Positions 1 to 10,446 of a stretch of 64,000 bases of DNA are shown here, piece after piece (positions within the stretch are counted from its first letter, which is position 1; every line of letters begins with the position of its first letter). Origin of the DNA: Gemmatimonadales bacterium (GTDB lineage Bacteria > Gemmatimonadota > Gemmatimonadetes > Gemmatimonadales > GWC2-71-9). The stretch is taken from assembly GCA_039794085.1 (NCBI GenBank), contig JBDIWC010000015.1, positions 1 through 64,000 of the forward strand, written 5' to 3'. A program made the translations under genes and the position numbers. The notes beneath the pieces are model-generated. The model was given only the letters and a program-made list of their open reading frames with translations, searched no databases and was not told where the DNA came from.

Positions 1-309
1 TTCGATAGCCCAGTTACCTGGAACCACCGCCTGGTCGGCTACATGTCTCACAGGCATTTCACATGGCGAGCTCCTTTCAGCTCACAAGAAAGGCCAGGCT
101 TGGCCTGGCGCACCGAAAGACACGAAAGGCACGAACGACGCGATCGGGCCCAGTGCGCGGGACGGGAACGTCAACGGTGGTCGAATCGCTGCGGTTGGGC
201 TGGGCCTTCGTGGCGTGCCATCTACCCACACGAAACCCTGAAGAGCCTGAAAATCGGGGTATTGCCGACCAGCGCCTCGAGACCGCTCAGAAGGACGGGC
301 CCCATCTCC

Positions 310-1308
310 TCACCTCCCCCAGGGGTGCCAGCTCTGGAGCACCCGGAGGTAGCTCATCCTCTCGAACGCCCGCGGGTCGGGACAGTGCCGCAGATTCATG
401 CTCCCCCGCATCTGGTCGAGTGATTCGTACTCGTGGGCATCGACCCAGCGCGCGAACTCCTCTCGCAGGCCGGCCAGGTGCTCCGGTCCGTGCCGCAGGA
501 GCGCCGAGACGACCTGCACCACGTGCGCCCCCGCCATCACCGCCTTGACCGCATCCAACGCGGTGTGCACTCCGCCACTCACGGCCAGGTCGCCGTCGCC
601 GGTGGCGGAGAGAATCGCGAGCCATCGCAACCGGAGGAGCAGGTCCTCCGACCGGCTGAGATGCAGGACCGACCGGACCTGGAGCTCCTCCGGGTCGATG
701 TCGGCCTGGTAGAACCGGTTGAACAGGACAAGACCCCGGGCGCCCGCCTGCCCGAGGCGCCGGGAGAAGTGCGGAAGAGCCGAATAGAAGGGGGACAATT
801 TCACCGCGACGGGGATGGTGACCGCGCGGGCGACGGTGCGCACGACCTCCACCGCCCGATCCTCGATGGCCGCTGCCGGTTCCGCGGGGTCGGTGGAGAG
901 TCCGTACAGGTTGAGCTCGAGGGCCTCGGCTCCGGCGTCCTGCATGAGGCGGGCCCAGGAGAGCCACCCTCCGGGGGTCATCCCGTTCAGGGACCCGATG
1001 ACGGGGACGCGCACAGTCTGGCGGATCCTCCAGAGCTGCTCGAGATACTCATCGGGACCGAGTGCAAAGGGAGGGAGGGCTGGAAAGTAGCTCCGGGCTT
1101 CCGCCGAGGACTCCCCCGGCTCCTCCAGAAGCCGTTGCACGGCGAAGGCCTCGCCGGTGATCTGCTCCTCATACAGAGAGTGCATCACGATGGCGGCACT
1201 CCCCGCATCCTCGAGCCGCCGGACCATGCTCAGGTCATCCACCAGCGGCGACGCGCCGGCCATGAAGGGATGGGCGAGTTGCAATCCCAGGTAGCTGGTC
1301 GTCAGCAT
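310..1308 (-). CDS. Dihydroorotate dehydrogenase-like flavoprotein (PFOR-associated family)
   Basis: Start MLTTSYLGLQLAHPFMAGASP overlaps the PFOR stop. Carries ELNLY, VAVKLSPFYS, LVLFNRFYQ and SGGVH motifs typical of the DHODH-like TIM-barrel proteins found after nifJ. Confidence 0.85.
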   Translation of the reverse strand: MLTTSYLGLQLAHPFMAGASPLVDDLSMVRRLEDAGSAAIVMHSLYEEQITGEAFAVQRLLEEPGESSAEARSYFPALPPFALGPDEYLEQLWRIRQTVRVPVIGSLNGMTPGGWLSWARLMQDAGAEALELNLYGLSTDPAEPAAAIEDRAVEVVRTVARAVTIPVAVKLSPFYSALPHFSRRLGQAGARGLVLFNRFYQADIDPEELQVRSVLHLSRSEDLLLRLRWLAILSATGDGDLAVSGGVHTALDAVKAVMAGAHVVQVVSALLRHGPEHLAGLREEFARWVDAHEYESLDQMRGSMNLRHCPDPRAFERMSYLRVLQSWHPWGR

Positions 1309-4300
1309 GGGAGGTCCTCCGGATCCGCCGAGGGTGGGGGCGACGAGTCCGGCATGGTGAGACCGGCCAGGTATCGGTAGACGGCCTCTCGGCGCTCCAC
1401 CTCCTCCCGTGCGCGTTCCTCCAATCGTCGCGCCCGATCCCGGTCGAGACGGGTCACCATCCGGAACCGGGCCTCGTTCTGCTGATACTCCCGGAGGGGA
1501 ATCGACGGGGGTTTGGAATCGAGTTGGAGGGGCGGCTTCCCTTCGGCCACGCGCCGAGGATCGAACCGGTAGAGGGGCCACGCGCCGGAGGCGACGGCGA
1601 GGCGCTGCTGCTCCACCCCATGGCGCAGGTCGTACCCGTGGGCAATGCAGGGGCTGTAGGCGATGATCAGAGACGGGCCGGGCCAGGATTCGGCCTCGTG
1701 CATCGCCTTCACCACCTGGTTCATGTCCGCCCCGAAGGCCACCCGGGCCACATAGACGTGGCCGTAGCTCATCGCCTCGAGGCCCAGATCCTTCTTGGGA
1801 GTTCCCTTGCCGGCCATGGCGAACTTGGCCACGGCGCCCAGGGGAGTGGCCTTGGATTGCTGCCCCCCGGTGTTGGAGTAGACCTCCGTGTCGAGCACCA
1901 GCACATTCACGTCGCGGTCCTGGGCCAGCACATGGTCGAGACCGCCGTACCCGATGTCATAGGCCCACCCGTCCCCCCCGACCAGCCACACACTGCGCGG
2001 GACCAGCGAGTCGGCCAGGTCGAGCAGACGGGCGGCCGCCGGGTCGGCGAGGGTACGGCACCGATCCCGCACCGCCTGCACAGCTTCGCGCCGGGTGGCC
2101 ATCCCGGAGGCCGTGCGCTCCGCCACCGACGTCACCGCGTTCACGAGGGCATCTCCCAGGTGTGGAGCCAGGCTCCGCACCAGGCGCTGCGCCTCCAGGT
2201 TCTGGGCATCGAGTGCCAACCGGATCCCGAAACCGAACTCGGCGTTGTCCTCGAAGAGCGAGTTGGCCCAGGCTGGGCCCCGGCCCTCGGTGTTCGCAGT
2301 CCAGGGGGTGGTGGGCAGGTTGCCCCCGTAGATGGAGCTGCACCCCGTGGCATTGGCCACGACGGCGCGATCTCCGAACAGCTGGCTGAGCAGTTTCAGA
2401 TAGGGCGTTTCCCCGCACCCGGCACAGGCTCCCGAGTACTCGAAGAGCGGGAGGAAGAGTTGCGAGGTCTTGGCGTTGAGCCGATGGACGCGCGACCGAT
2501 CCACCTCGGGGAGCCCGAGAAAGTGCGCATAGTTCTCCCGCTCCCGCTCCACCACCGGCCGTCTCGGTACCATGTTGATCGCCTTGTGCCGCGGGTTTCC
2601 CTTGTCCTTGGCCGGGCAGACGGTGACACAGAGATGGCAGCCGGTGCAGTCCTCCGGCGCCACCTGCAGGACGTACCTGGCGCCGGGGAGGTCGGGACCC
2701 CGCCAGGGGGTGTGGCGGAAGGTCTCCGGAACGCCAGCCAGGGCGGCGGGGTCACAGGCCGTGGCCCGGATCGCCGCATGGGGACAGACGAGCGCGCACC
2801 AGTTGCACTGGATGCAGATCGTCGGATCCCACTCGGGAATCTCGGCGGCCAGATTCCGTTTTTCCCACCGGGTGGTGCCGGTGGGCCAGGTGCCGTCGGG
2901 TGGGAAGGCGCTCACGGGAAGGTCGTGCCCCCGTCCGGCCAGAATCACGGAGGTCACCCGCTGGACGAAGGCGGGAGCGTTCTCCGGCACGGGGGGGGGA
3001 CGCTGGCGTCCACGCCCGTCCACCTCCGGGATCGGGACCGGTTCCAGGGCGGCCAAGGTCCGTTCCACGGCCGCGAGATTCCGATCCACCACCGTCGATC
3101 CCCGTTTGCCCCACGTGGCCACGATGCTCTCCCTGATCCGGGCCATCGCCTGGTCCAGCGGAAGCAGGTGCGTGAGGGCGAAGAAGCAGACCTGCATGAC
3201 CGTGTTGATCCGCCCTCCCAGACCCGCCTCCCGGGCCACGGCATGGGCGTCGATCGTGTGGACCCGCAGCCCCTTGGCACGGATCTGATCTCGGGTGTCC
3301 TGGTTCAGGTGATCCCAGACCTGGGCGGCCGGCCACGGCGCGTTCAGCAGCAGAGTGGCCCCGGGTTCCGCCGTCTCCAGCACCTCATACCGATCCAGAA
3401 AATCGAAATGGTGACAGGAGACGAAGGAGGCCCGGTCGATCAACCAGGGCGCCCGGACCGGTCGCGGACTGAAGCGCAGGTGGGAGACGGTCATCGCCCC
3501 CGCCTTTTTCGAGTCGTAGACGAAGTAGCCCTGGGTATGGAGCGACGTCGCCTCCGCCACGATGCGGATCGTGTTCCGGGCCGCTCCCACGGTGCCATCG
3601 GAACCGAGTCCCCAGAACACCGCCCGGTGGACGTCGCCGGTTTCGATGGACAGGCCGGGGTCCCACGGGAGGGAACGATGGGTCACGTCGTCCACCAGAC
3701 CCACCAGAAAGCGCGCGCGCGGCTCCGGGAGGGCCATTTCCTGGTAGATCCCCGCCACCATCGCGGGGGTGAACTCCCGTGACGCGATCCCGTAGCGTCC
3801 CCCGAGCACGCGGGGTATCGTCGCACCGGGAGAGCTCTCGTGCAGCGTGGCCACCACATCGAGAAACAGGGGATCGCCCACGGCTCCCGGCTCCCGGGTT
3901 CGGTCCAGCACGGCCACGACACGGGCGGATGCGGGGAGAGCGCTCACAAAGTGTTGCATCGGAAACGGGCGGTAGAGCCGGACGGTGACCACTCCCACAC
4001 GTTCCCCCCGGGCGGTCATCCATGCCACTGTTTCGCGCACGGTCTCGGCCCCGGACCCCATGATCACGATCACCCGTTCCGCCTCGGGGTGACCGGTGTA
4101 CTCACAGAGCTGGTAGGGCCGGCCGGTGCGGACGGCGAGCCGGTCCATCGCATCCTGGACGATCCCGGGCACCGCCTCATGGAACGGATGGGACGCCTCG
4201 CTCGCCTGGAAGAAGGTGTCCGGATTCTGGGCGGTTCCCCGCACCACGGGATGATCCGGCGTGAGCGCCCTCCGGCGATGGGCGGCGATCGCATCCTCGT

Positions 4301-4883
4301 CGAGAAGATCGGCCAGATCGGCGTCCTCCAGGAGGGTGATCCGGTTCACCTCATGCGAGGTCCGGAACCCATCGAAGAAGTGCAGGACGGGAAGACGCGC
4401 CCGGAACGCGACCGCCTGTCCAATCAGCGCGAAGTCGTGGGCCTCCTGTACCGTGCCCGAGGAGAGGAGAGCCACGCCGGTCTGCCGAACGGCCATCACG
4501 TCGGAATGATCTCCGAAGATCGAGAGCGCATGGGTGGCCACCGTGCGCGCGGCCACATGCAGGCACACCGGGGTCAACTCGCCCGCGAGCTTGTACAGCG
4601 TCGGGATCATGAGGAGAAGACCCTGCGAGGCGGTGAAGGTCGTGGCCAGCACCCCGCCCTGCAGCGCTCCGTGCAGGGCCCCGGCCGCTCCCCCCTCCGA
4701 CTGCATCTGCACCACGTCCGGTACCGCCCCCCAGAGATTGGTGCGCCCCTCGGCCGACCACGCGTCGGCGTGCTCCCCCATCGCCGAGGAGGGAGTGATC
4801 GGATAGATCGCAATCACCTCGTTGAGGCGATGGGCCACCGTGGCCACTGCCTCGTTGCCGTCCATGATGGCGTGTCTGGGCAT
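1302..4883 (-). CDS. nifJ: Pyruvate:ferredoxin (flavodoxin) oxidoreductase, single-subunit
   Basis: DGNEA..YPITPSS, QMQSEGGAAG, two 4Fe-4S motifs (CIQCNWCALVCP, CTGCHLCVTVCP), ACAGCGE, TPP motif GGDGWAYDIG..NTGGQ, YSPCIAHG. Confidence 0.97.
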   Translation of the reverse strand: MPRHAIMDGNEAVATVAHRLNEVIAIYPITPSSAMGEHADAWSAEGRTNLWGAVPDVVQMQSEGGAAGALHGALQGGVLATTFTASQGLLLMIPTLYKLAGELTPVCLHVAARTVATHALSIFGDHSDVMAVRQTGVALLSSGTVQEAHDFALIGQAVAFRARLPVLHFFDGFRTSHEVNRITLLEDADLADLLDEDAIAAHRRRALTPDHPVVRGTAQNPDTFFQASEASHPFHEAVPGIVQDAMDRLAVRTGRPYQLCEYTGHPEAERVIVIMGSGAETVRETVAWMTARGERVGVVTVRLYRPFPMQHFVSALPASARVVAVLDRTREPGAVGDPLFLDVVATLHESSPGATIPRVLGGRYGIASREFTPAMVAGIYQEMALPEPRARFLVGLVDDVTHRSLPWDPGLSIETGDVHRAVFWGLGSDGTVGAARNTIRIVAEATSLHTQGYFVYDSKKAGAMTVSHLRFSPRPVRAPWLIDRASFVSCHHFDFLDRYEVLETAEPGATLLLNAPWPAAQVWDHLNQDTRDQIRAKGLRVHTIDAHAVAREAGLGGRINTVMQVCFFALTHLLPLDQAMARIRESIVATWGKRGSTVVDRNLAAVERTLAALEPVPIPEVDGRGRQRPPPVPENAPAFVQRVTSVILAGRGHDLPVSAFPPDGTWPTGTTRWEKRNLAAEIPEWDPTICIQCNWCALVCPHAAIRATACDPAALAGVPETFRHTPWRGPDLPGARYVLQVAPEDCTGCHLCVTVCPAKDKGNPRHKAINMVPRRPVVERERENYAHFLGLPEVDRSRVHRLNAKTSQLFLPLFEYSGACAGCGETPYLKLLSQLFGDRAVVANATGCSSIYGGNLPTTPWTANTEGRGPAWANSLFEDNAEFGFGIRLALDAQNLEAQRLVRSLAPHLGDALVNAVTSVAERTASGMATRREAVQAVRDRCRTLADPAAARLLDLADSLVPRSVWLVGGDGWAYDIGYGGLDHVLAQDRDVNVLVLDTEVYSNTGGQQSKATPLGAVAKFAMAGKGTPKKDLGLEAMSYGHVYVARVAFGADMNQVVKAMHEAESWPGPSLIIAYSPCIAHGYDLRHGVEQQRLAVASGAWPLYRFDPRRVAEGKPPLQLDSKPPSIPLREYQQNEARFRMVTRLDRDRARRLEERAREEVERREAVYRYLAGLTMPDSSPPPSADPEDLPC

Positions 4884-5117
4884 GCTGCCAAGGTAGGAGC
4901 CATTCCATGAAGGCATGGTGAAGGAATGGCCGGGATTGTTTCACAGTGGAATGGCCCGGATCGGAGGTCGTACCGGGAAGTTCCCGCGTGGTGGTTCCGA
5001 ACCCTTTCGGGCTCTTCAGGGTTTCGCGAGGGTGAGAGAGACGTTGATCGGGCGTTGTCCGGAAGGTGCAAGGGGACGACCCCCGATCCTCTCCGGGTTC
5101 CCGCCCGTCCGACGAGT

Positions 5118-5240
5118 GAGGGGAATGGCCACACAAGGCACAGAAGGCGCAAGAGGCACGACCCTCTGCGGGGAGAGGCCCACCCAGGGGTGATATCGGT
5201 CTTGTGTCTTTTGTGCTTCTTGTGGTGAGCGCTGGGGGTG
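5118..5240 (+). repeat. Partial copy of the dispersed intergenic element (GAGGGGAATGGCCACA arm ... TTTTGTGCTTCTTGTGGT arm)
   Basis: Visibly similar to 12141-12260 and to the reverse complements of 38850-38972 and 36240-36463. Confidence 0.8.
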
Positions 5241-5517
5241 CAGAGAGGTGTGTCGGCTGGGATGAACCCACGCCAATGGCTGAAGAGCCCACTTTCGTGT
5301 CCTCTCGTGCCTTTCGTGGTTGACTTCTTCTCCTCCGCGCCTCCGCGTCTCCGCGTGAACAGCCGTGCTTTCGCCAGCCCTGGGCCCAAACGGATGGTCT
5401 CCCTGTGGGCTCGTGAGGTTGGCGCCGACACCTCAACCGGCACCGTGGGGGGCCTCGGTTCCCCGCGGGCTCAGCCCGCGAAACCCGGAAAAGCTGAAAC
5501 AAGACCTGACCCCAGAC

Positions 5518-6579
5518 TCAACGCAGGAGACTCCGCCACCCGCGGATCGACTTCACCTCGGCGGCTCGCATGGGGCACTCGTCGGCGCACTGCAACCGGG
5601 CGAGGAGTTCCCCCACATCCCCGTCCTTCTTGAGCCGAAGGAGATACATCAGCACCTGGCTCCGGTCGGGACCGTCGAAGGATTCGATCCATCGCCAACG
5701 CGAGGCATACTCATCGAGCATGGCGTCGAGGGCCGTGCGCGCGAGTGCCTCATCGGCGGCGTACACCAGCAGCAGAGTGTCATACTTGCGCTTGCTCTTC
5801 AAGGCATCGGCCCGGACCCAATGGGCCAGCTTCTCGGCGTGAGGAGCCAGATCCCGCAGGGCGGCGCCATCGAGCTTGGCCACGAGGGTGGGGCTTCCCA
5901 CCGCGACCGACGGCTGAGACTCCCCGGGCACGAGCGCTTCGGACAGATGCATGGGCCCGGCGGGGAGGGTGAGGGCGGGCTCCACCCCCCCGACGTTGAT
6001 CCGCCAGAGCAGGTAGGTGAGCAGGGTAAACCCGATCGAGAGCACGGCGGACAGCTCCCAGTGTCCGGTCCCCGAGGTCAGACCGATGGCGATCGCCGCG
6101 AAGGCGAAGACGGCGTTCTTGATGTCGCGGAAGGTGGTCCGAAACCGGATCGCAGCCACGATCCCGGTGAGGGCAAAGGCGAGAGCCAGGTCGGTCCGAA
6201 CCACCTGGACCACGGCCGCCACCACCACCGGGAGCAGGAGGAGCACCTGGATGAAGGTCTTCTGGTATCCCTCCTGGCGCTTGGTCACCATGTAGATCCA
6301 GGCGATCGGGGCCACATACAGAAGGCTGGCGACCAGCACCAGCACCGCGGCCAGGGCCCGCTCGGTGACCGTGCTCACGGGAGCGGTGAGACCCCCGGGG
6401 CCGGGCAGGCCGAGCCCGGTGGAGGACGACCCAGCGCCGAGCACCGTTTCAAGGAGCGGACCCAGGGTGGGGAAAAGTCGGAACAGCGCGGATACCCCGA
6501 GGCCCAGAGCGGTGAAATAGACCAGCACCCGGAGGACGGGAGAGGAACGCGAACGTTCCAGGAAGGACGGGCTCGCCAT
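5518..6579 (-). CDS. DUF4956-like membrane protein
   Basis: Several hydrophobic helices and LALAFALTGIVAAIRFRTTFRDIKNAVFAF..IAIGLTSGTG, matching my recollection of the DUF4956 signature. Confidence 0.7.
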   Translation of the reverse strand: MASPSFLERSRSSPVLRVLVYFTALGLGVSALFRLFPTLGPLLETVLGAGSSSTGLGLPGPGGLTAPVSTVTERALAAVLVLVASLLYVAPIAWIYMVTKRQEGYQKTFIQVLLLLPVVVAAVVQVVRTDLALAFALTGIVAAIRFRTTFRDIKNAVFAFAAIAIGLTSGTGHWELSAVLSIGFTLLTYLLWRINVGGVEPALTLPAGPMHLSEALVPGESQPSVAVGSPTLVAKLDGAALRDLAPHAEKLAHWVRADALKSKRKYDTLLLVYAADEALARTALDAMLDEYASRWRWIESFDGPDRSQVLMYLLRLKKDGDVGELLARLQCADECPMRAAEVKSIRGWRSLLR

Positions 6580-6764
6580 GGAGCGACAATCCTGATGTGA
6601 GGAAGTGGTACCCTACACGCGAGAGGATCTTCCTGCAACTCTGTCCGGCGGGGTCCGGCTGTTCTCCCATGTCCCATCATGCCCCATGTCCTTCGTCCTT
6701 CGTCCCCCGTCCCGTCGATCTCTGTGTCTCCCTGGTCAACCCCACCACTCACGGAAGGAGGATC

Positions 6765-6932
6765 AACCACAGAGACACAGAGAACATAGAGGGTACGTTC
6801 GCACCGACCAAGACCTCGTGAGCCGGTCCCGGCCCTGAGAGGGGTGGGTGGCCCCTCCCCATCACCTCTGCCAGGCAGGCCGGAGCCCCTCGCCTGCGCC
6901 GGACTCTCTGTGCCCTCTGTGTCTCCGTGGTG
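6765..6932. repeat. Inverted 9-nt-periodic arms (AACCACAGAGACACAGAGAACATAGAG / CTCTGTGCCCTCTGTGTCTCCGTGGTG)
   Basis: Arms at 6765-6791 and 6906-6932, with an extra arm at ~6719-6740. Same type as 55730-55910. Confidence 0.8.
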
Positions 6933-6998
6933 AATCCCCGTTCCCCTCCAGATCCCCTTGCGCAGGTCGGCTCTCATCGGGGAGAGGGACGCGTTCTC

Positions 6999-8930
6999 CT
7001 ACCGGGGGACGACCGTCATCGTCACCAGGGAGGGATGTTGGCTCCCGTGATGGATCACGTTGCGTGCCACCACCCCCGTCGCTTCATCGTAGTTGCGACC
7101 GCCGGTGTTCAGGTTCCGGTCAAACCGGGGGAAATTGCTGGACGACACCTCGATCCGGATCCGATGACCGGGCGCGAACCAGTTGCTCGTGGACAGCGGT
7201 CCGAGCACGACCTTGGACACCTTCCCCCGCTCCAGCATGACCTCCCGGTCATACCCCTCCCGATATCGCACCCGTTGGATCGTCTCGTCGAGATTCCACG
7301 CCTTCCCCTCGCGATCCACATCGAGAAGCTTGACGGTCAGATCAGTGTCCCGGGCATCCGACGACAGGTAGAGGGTGACCTCCACCGGACCGGAAATCTC
7401 CACGCCCTCCGTAAGGGGATCGGTCGTGTACACCAGGATATCCTGCCGGGTTTCCATGCGCCGCTGGTCGAACGATCCCGCCTGCACCGCGTTTCCCGTA
7501 CAGCAGACGTTCCCCCCGTAGGAGGGTACGGGGTTCATCGGATCGTACACGAAGGCATCGCGTCCAGCCCGCCCCGGAAGATCCGACACCAGGCGTCCGT
7601 CCCCATGGAGGCTGTTGGCCCCGGCGGACCCGCTGGTGAGATACCATGTCCGTGCCTGGGATCCCGCCGGCGGCCATGCCGAGGACGTGTGCCACGCGTT
7701 CTCGCCCATGGTGTAGTAGCGCACGCGCGGCAGGGTGTCGAGCAGCCCGTTCTTCGCTCCCTTGAGCCACCGGTCGAACCAGCCATAGATCAGGGCGTTG
7801 TAGTCCATCCGGGCATCTCCCATGCTTCGCTCCCCCACCACGGTGTTCTCCGTGGCCCGCTGGAACGCGCAATGGGCCACCGGGGCCACCACGGCGTACT
7901 GGTTGTTCGCCACCTCGGGGTCGGTGGCCGACTGACGGACGTGGTTGAACAAAGCCAGGTTGGGGCCGATGGACACGTCATACCAGGACATGAACCAGAG
8001 GCTCGGCACCCCGAAGGGCATGTCATCATGATAGAGCCCCCCCTTGTACCAGGCGGGATCGTTGGGTGTCCGCTGGATCATCCTCCCTCCCGTGGCCACC
8101 GGAGCCGCATCGGCAAAGATTCCCCGGGGTCCGTTCACGTTGCGCAGAATGTCCTGCACCGGGAGGTGGCGCAGTGCCACGTCCCAGTCCACCGGCGGCA
8201 TCTGGGCCGCGAGATCGTAATAGGTGGAGAGACGAACCATGTCCTCGCGGGGGATATCCGCCGGGAACTGGGGGCGCTGGGTGTTCTGCACTCCATAGAG
8301 CCAGGCGATGAAAAGCATCTGCACGGACCCGCCGCGGTACCAGTTCCCCTGCTCGTAGAATCGGCCCACCCGACCGACGCCCGCTCCGAACCCCTGGGGA
8401 ATCATGGCCGCATGGGCGGGGTGATCCAGGGCCGCGACCGCCATCTGCCATTCGGCCGTGGAGGAACAGCCGATCGTGCCCACCTTCCCGTTCGACCAGG
8501 GCTGACGGGCCAACCAATCGATGGCATCGTACCCGTCCGTCGTGGGGGGTCCGAGAATGTCCCATTCCCCCTGGGAGAAGAACCGGCCCCGTTCATTCTG
8601 CACCACGTAGGCGTATCCCCGGCGCACCGCATCGAGCATCGCCGTGACATTGCGCGCCCGATGGTTCCGGGTGTCCCAGTAATTGAAGTTGTACGGGGTC
8701 CGCACGAAGATCACCGGAACGGGCCCCGAGGCGTTCCGGGGGCGGTAGATGTCGGTGGCCAGCGCCACGCCATCCCGCATCGGCATCATCACCTTGCGTT
8801 CCACGATCGCAATCGATTCGAGTTCGGCGAGAACGGGATCGCGGGCGGTGGGCGCCTGACCGCGGAGGGGGATCGGGGTCACCGAGGCGAGGGCCACGGC
8901 GACGAGGGAGGGCAGAAACAGAACTCGCAT
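6999..8930 (-). CDS. CocE/NonD family (S15-like) exported hydrolase
   Basis: Signal peptide, [32 protein letters not shown] nucleophile elbow, C-terminal [28 protein letters not shown] before ATG 8930. Confidence 0.92.
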   Translation of the reverse strand: MRVLFLPSLVAVALASVTPIPLRGQAPTARDPVLAELESIAIVERKVMMPMRDGVALATDIYRPRNASGPVPVIFVRTPYNFNYWDTRNHRARNVTAMLDAVRRGYAYVVQNERGRFFSQGEWDILGPPTTDGYDAIDWLARQPWSNGKVGTIGCSSTAEWQMAVAALDHPAHAAMIPQGFGAGVGRVGRFYEQGNWYRGGSVQMLFIAWLYGVQNTQRPQFPADIPREDMVRLSTYYDLAAQMPPVDWDVALRHLPVQDILRNVNGPRGIFADAAPVATGGRMIQRTPNDPAWYKGGLYHDDMPFGVPSLWFMSWYDVSIGPNLALFNHVRQSATDPEVANNQYAVVAPVAHCAFQRATENTVVGERSMGDARMDYNALIYGWFDRWLKGAKNGLLDTLPRVRYYTMGENAWHTSSAWPPAGSQARTWYLTSGSAGANSLHGDGRLVSDLPGRAGRDAFVYDPMNPVPSYGGNVCCTGNAVQAGSFDQRRMETRQDILVYTTDPLTEGVEISGPVEVTLYLSSDARDTDLTVKLLDVDREGKAWNLDETIQRVRYREGYDREVMLERGKVSKVVLGPLSTSNWFAPGHRIRIEVSSSNFPRFDRNLNTGGRNYDEATGVVARNVIHHGSQHPSLVTMTVVPR

Positions 8931-9076
8931 GGTCTCTCCGGGGGTCACGGGAAGAATCCCACACCGCACAGGCGGTGCAGGATGCCATGTTCTATATCAC
9001 GACGGGGATGAACCCGCCGTGAAGTTCCCATGAAACCGGGCCACGGCGGCCACAGGCGCTCGGAGTGCCGGAACGG

Positions 9077-10177
9077 CTATTGGAACTGGAGGCTGCGGGC
9101 GAAGTCGTCCGGGCTGCTGGCCGCGGACATCGCCACGTCCAGGGAGATCAGTCCCTGCTGGTAGAGCTCACTGATGTGCTGGTCGAAGGTCTGCATCCCG
9201 TACTGGGTTCGGCCCTCGGCGATGTGATCGCGCATTTCCGAGGTTCGGGTCGCATCGGCGATGCAGTCCTCGATGGTCGAGGTGCGTCGCATCACCTCCA
9301 CGGCCACGACACGCCCCTGGCCGTCGGCTCGCGGCAGCAGTCGCTGGGACACGACCGCCCGGAGATTTTCCGCCAGGCGCAGGCGGGCCTGCTGCTGCTC
9401 CGACGGATCGAAGACGCTGATCAGGCGGGAGATCGACTTCATGGCATCGGTCGTGTGGACCGTGCTGAACACGAGGTGTCCCGTCTCCGCCGCCTGCAGG
9501 GCGATGTCGATGGTGGCCTTGTCGCGCATCTCCCCCACCATGATCACGTCGGGGTCCTGCCGGAGGGCCGCGCGAAGGGCCCCCCCGAAGGAGTCGGTGT
9601 CACTGCCCAGTTCCCGTTGCACGATGATCGACTTGCTGTCGGGGAAGAGAAACTCGATCGGATCCTCGATCGTGATGATCTTTCCCGCCTTGGAACGGCT
9701 CGCATGGGACACCATCGCAGCCAGGGTGGAGCTCTTCCCGCTTCCGGTCACCCCGGTCAACAACACGAGGCCCCGATCCTCCACCGCGATCTCCGGAAGC
9801 ACAGAGGGGAGGCCCAACTGTTCGAAGTTCGGAACCGCGAGAGGGATGTTGCGAAGCACCGCCGCGACCGACCCGCGCTGGCTGCAGAGGTTGACCCGAA
9901 ACCGTCCCGCCTCGGGGAGGGAGTAGGAGCAATCCACCTCGCGCAGCCCATGCACCACCTCGTCGACGTTTTCCGGAGTCGCCTTTTTCGACTCCACCAG
10001 AATGCGCCGGGCGATCTGGTTCATCTCCTCCGCCCCGAGGCGGGGAGTGCCCTGCACGTTGATGATCGCCCCCCCGACCCGGAGCCGGAACGGACCACCG
10101 GCACTCAGGTGAACATCGGAGGCATTGACCTCGACCGCCTTGCGCAGAACGGCATGGAACGCATTGAGAATCGACAT
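9077..10177 (-). CDS. pilT: Type IV pilus retraction ATPase, PilT/PilU family
   Basis: ASDVHL, Walker A GVTGSGKSS, TIEDPIE, ALRQDPDVIMVGEMRD, AETGHLVFSTVHT, GMQTFDQ. Confidence 0.92.
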   Translation of the reverse strand: MSILNAFHAVLRKAVEVNASDVHLSAGGPFRLRVGGAIINVQGTPRLGAEEMNQIARRILVESKKATPENVDEVVHGLREVDCSYSLPEAGRFRVNLCSQRGSVAAVLRNIPLAVPNFEQLGLPSVLPEIAVEDRGLVLLTGVTGSGKSSTLAAMVSHASRSKAGKIITIEDPIEFLFPDSKSIIVQRELGSDTDSFGGALRAALRQDPDVIMVGEMRDKATIDIALQAAETGHLVFSTVHTTDAMKSISRLISVFDPSEQQQARLRLAENLRAVVSQRLLPRADGQGRVVAVEVMRRTSTIEDCIADATRTSEMRDHIAEGRTQYGMQTFDQHISELYQQGLISLDVAMSAASSPDDFARSLQFQ

Positions 10178-10446
10178 CTGGTTGGCGAACCCCGAGCAAG
10201 AGGACAGAACACGGCGGGAAGAAGCCGGTGGCACTCCGGTGTGAGAAAAGCAGGAAGCATGCCGCCGGACGCAGGATCATGCATGCACCCAAACCTCTTG
10301 ACGCACAATGACTTGCCTGCGGCATCCCTGAGGGCGCTCCCGGGCACCCCGGACCGGGATGGCACAATGCCGGTTCCGCGGGACGATCTCCCGGTTACTA
10401 TTCCCCCGCCCTGAACGGGCACCGTCCGTCCCCCGGATCGAGCTGC

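Noticed and set aside
1524..3782. Long antisense ORFs (also 6927-9011, 19006-20841, 20845-23010, 33247-35484, 39966-42113, 43591-45669, 52913-54796)
   Set aside because: These are shadow ORFs opposite well-supported genes, expected in high-GC DNA, with no recognisable motifs.
9077..10177. Type IV pilus or secretion locus
   Set aside because: This is an orphan pilT paralog with no pilin, PilB, PilC or secretin genes in the window.
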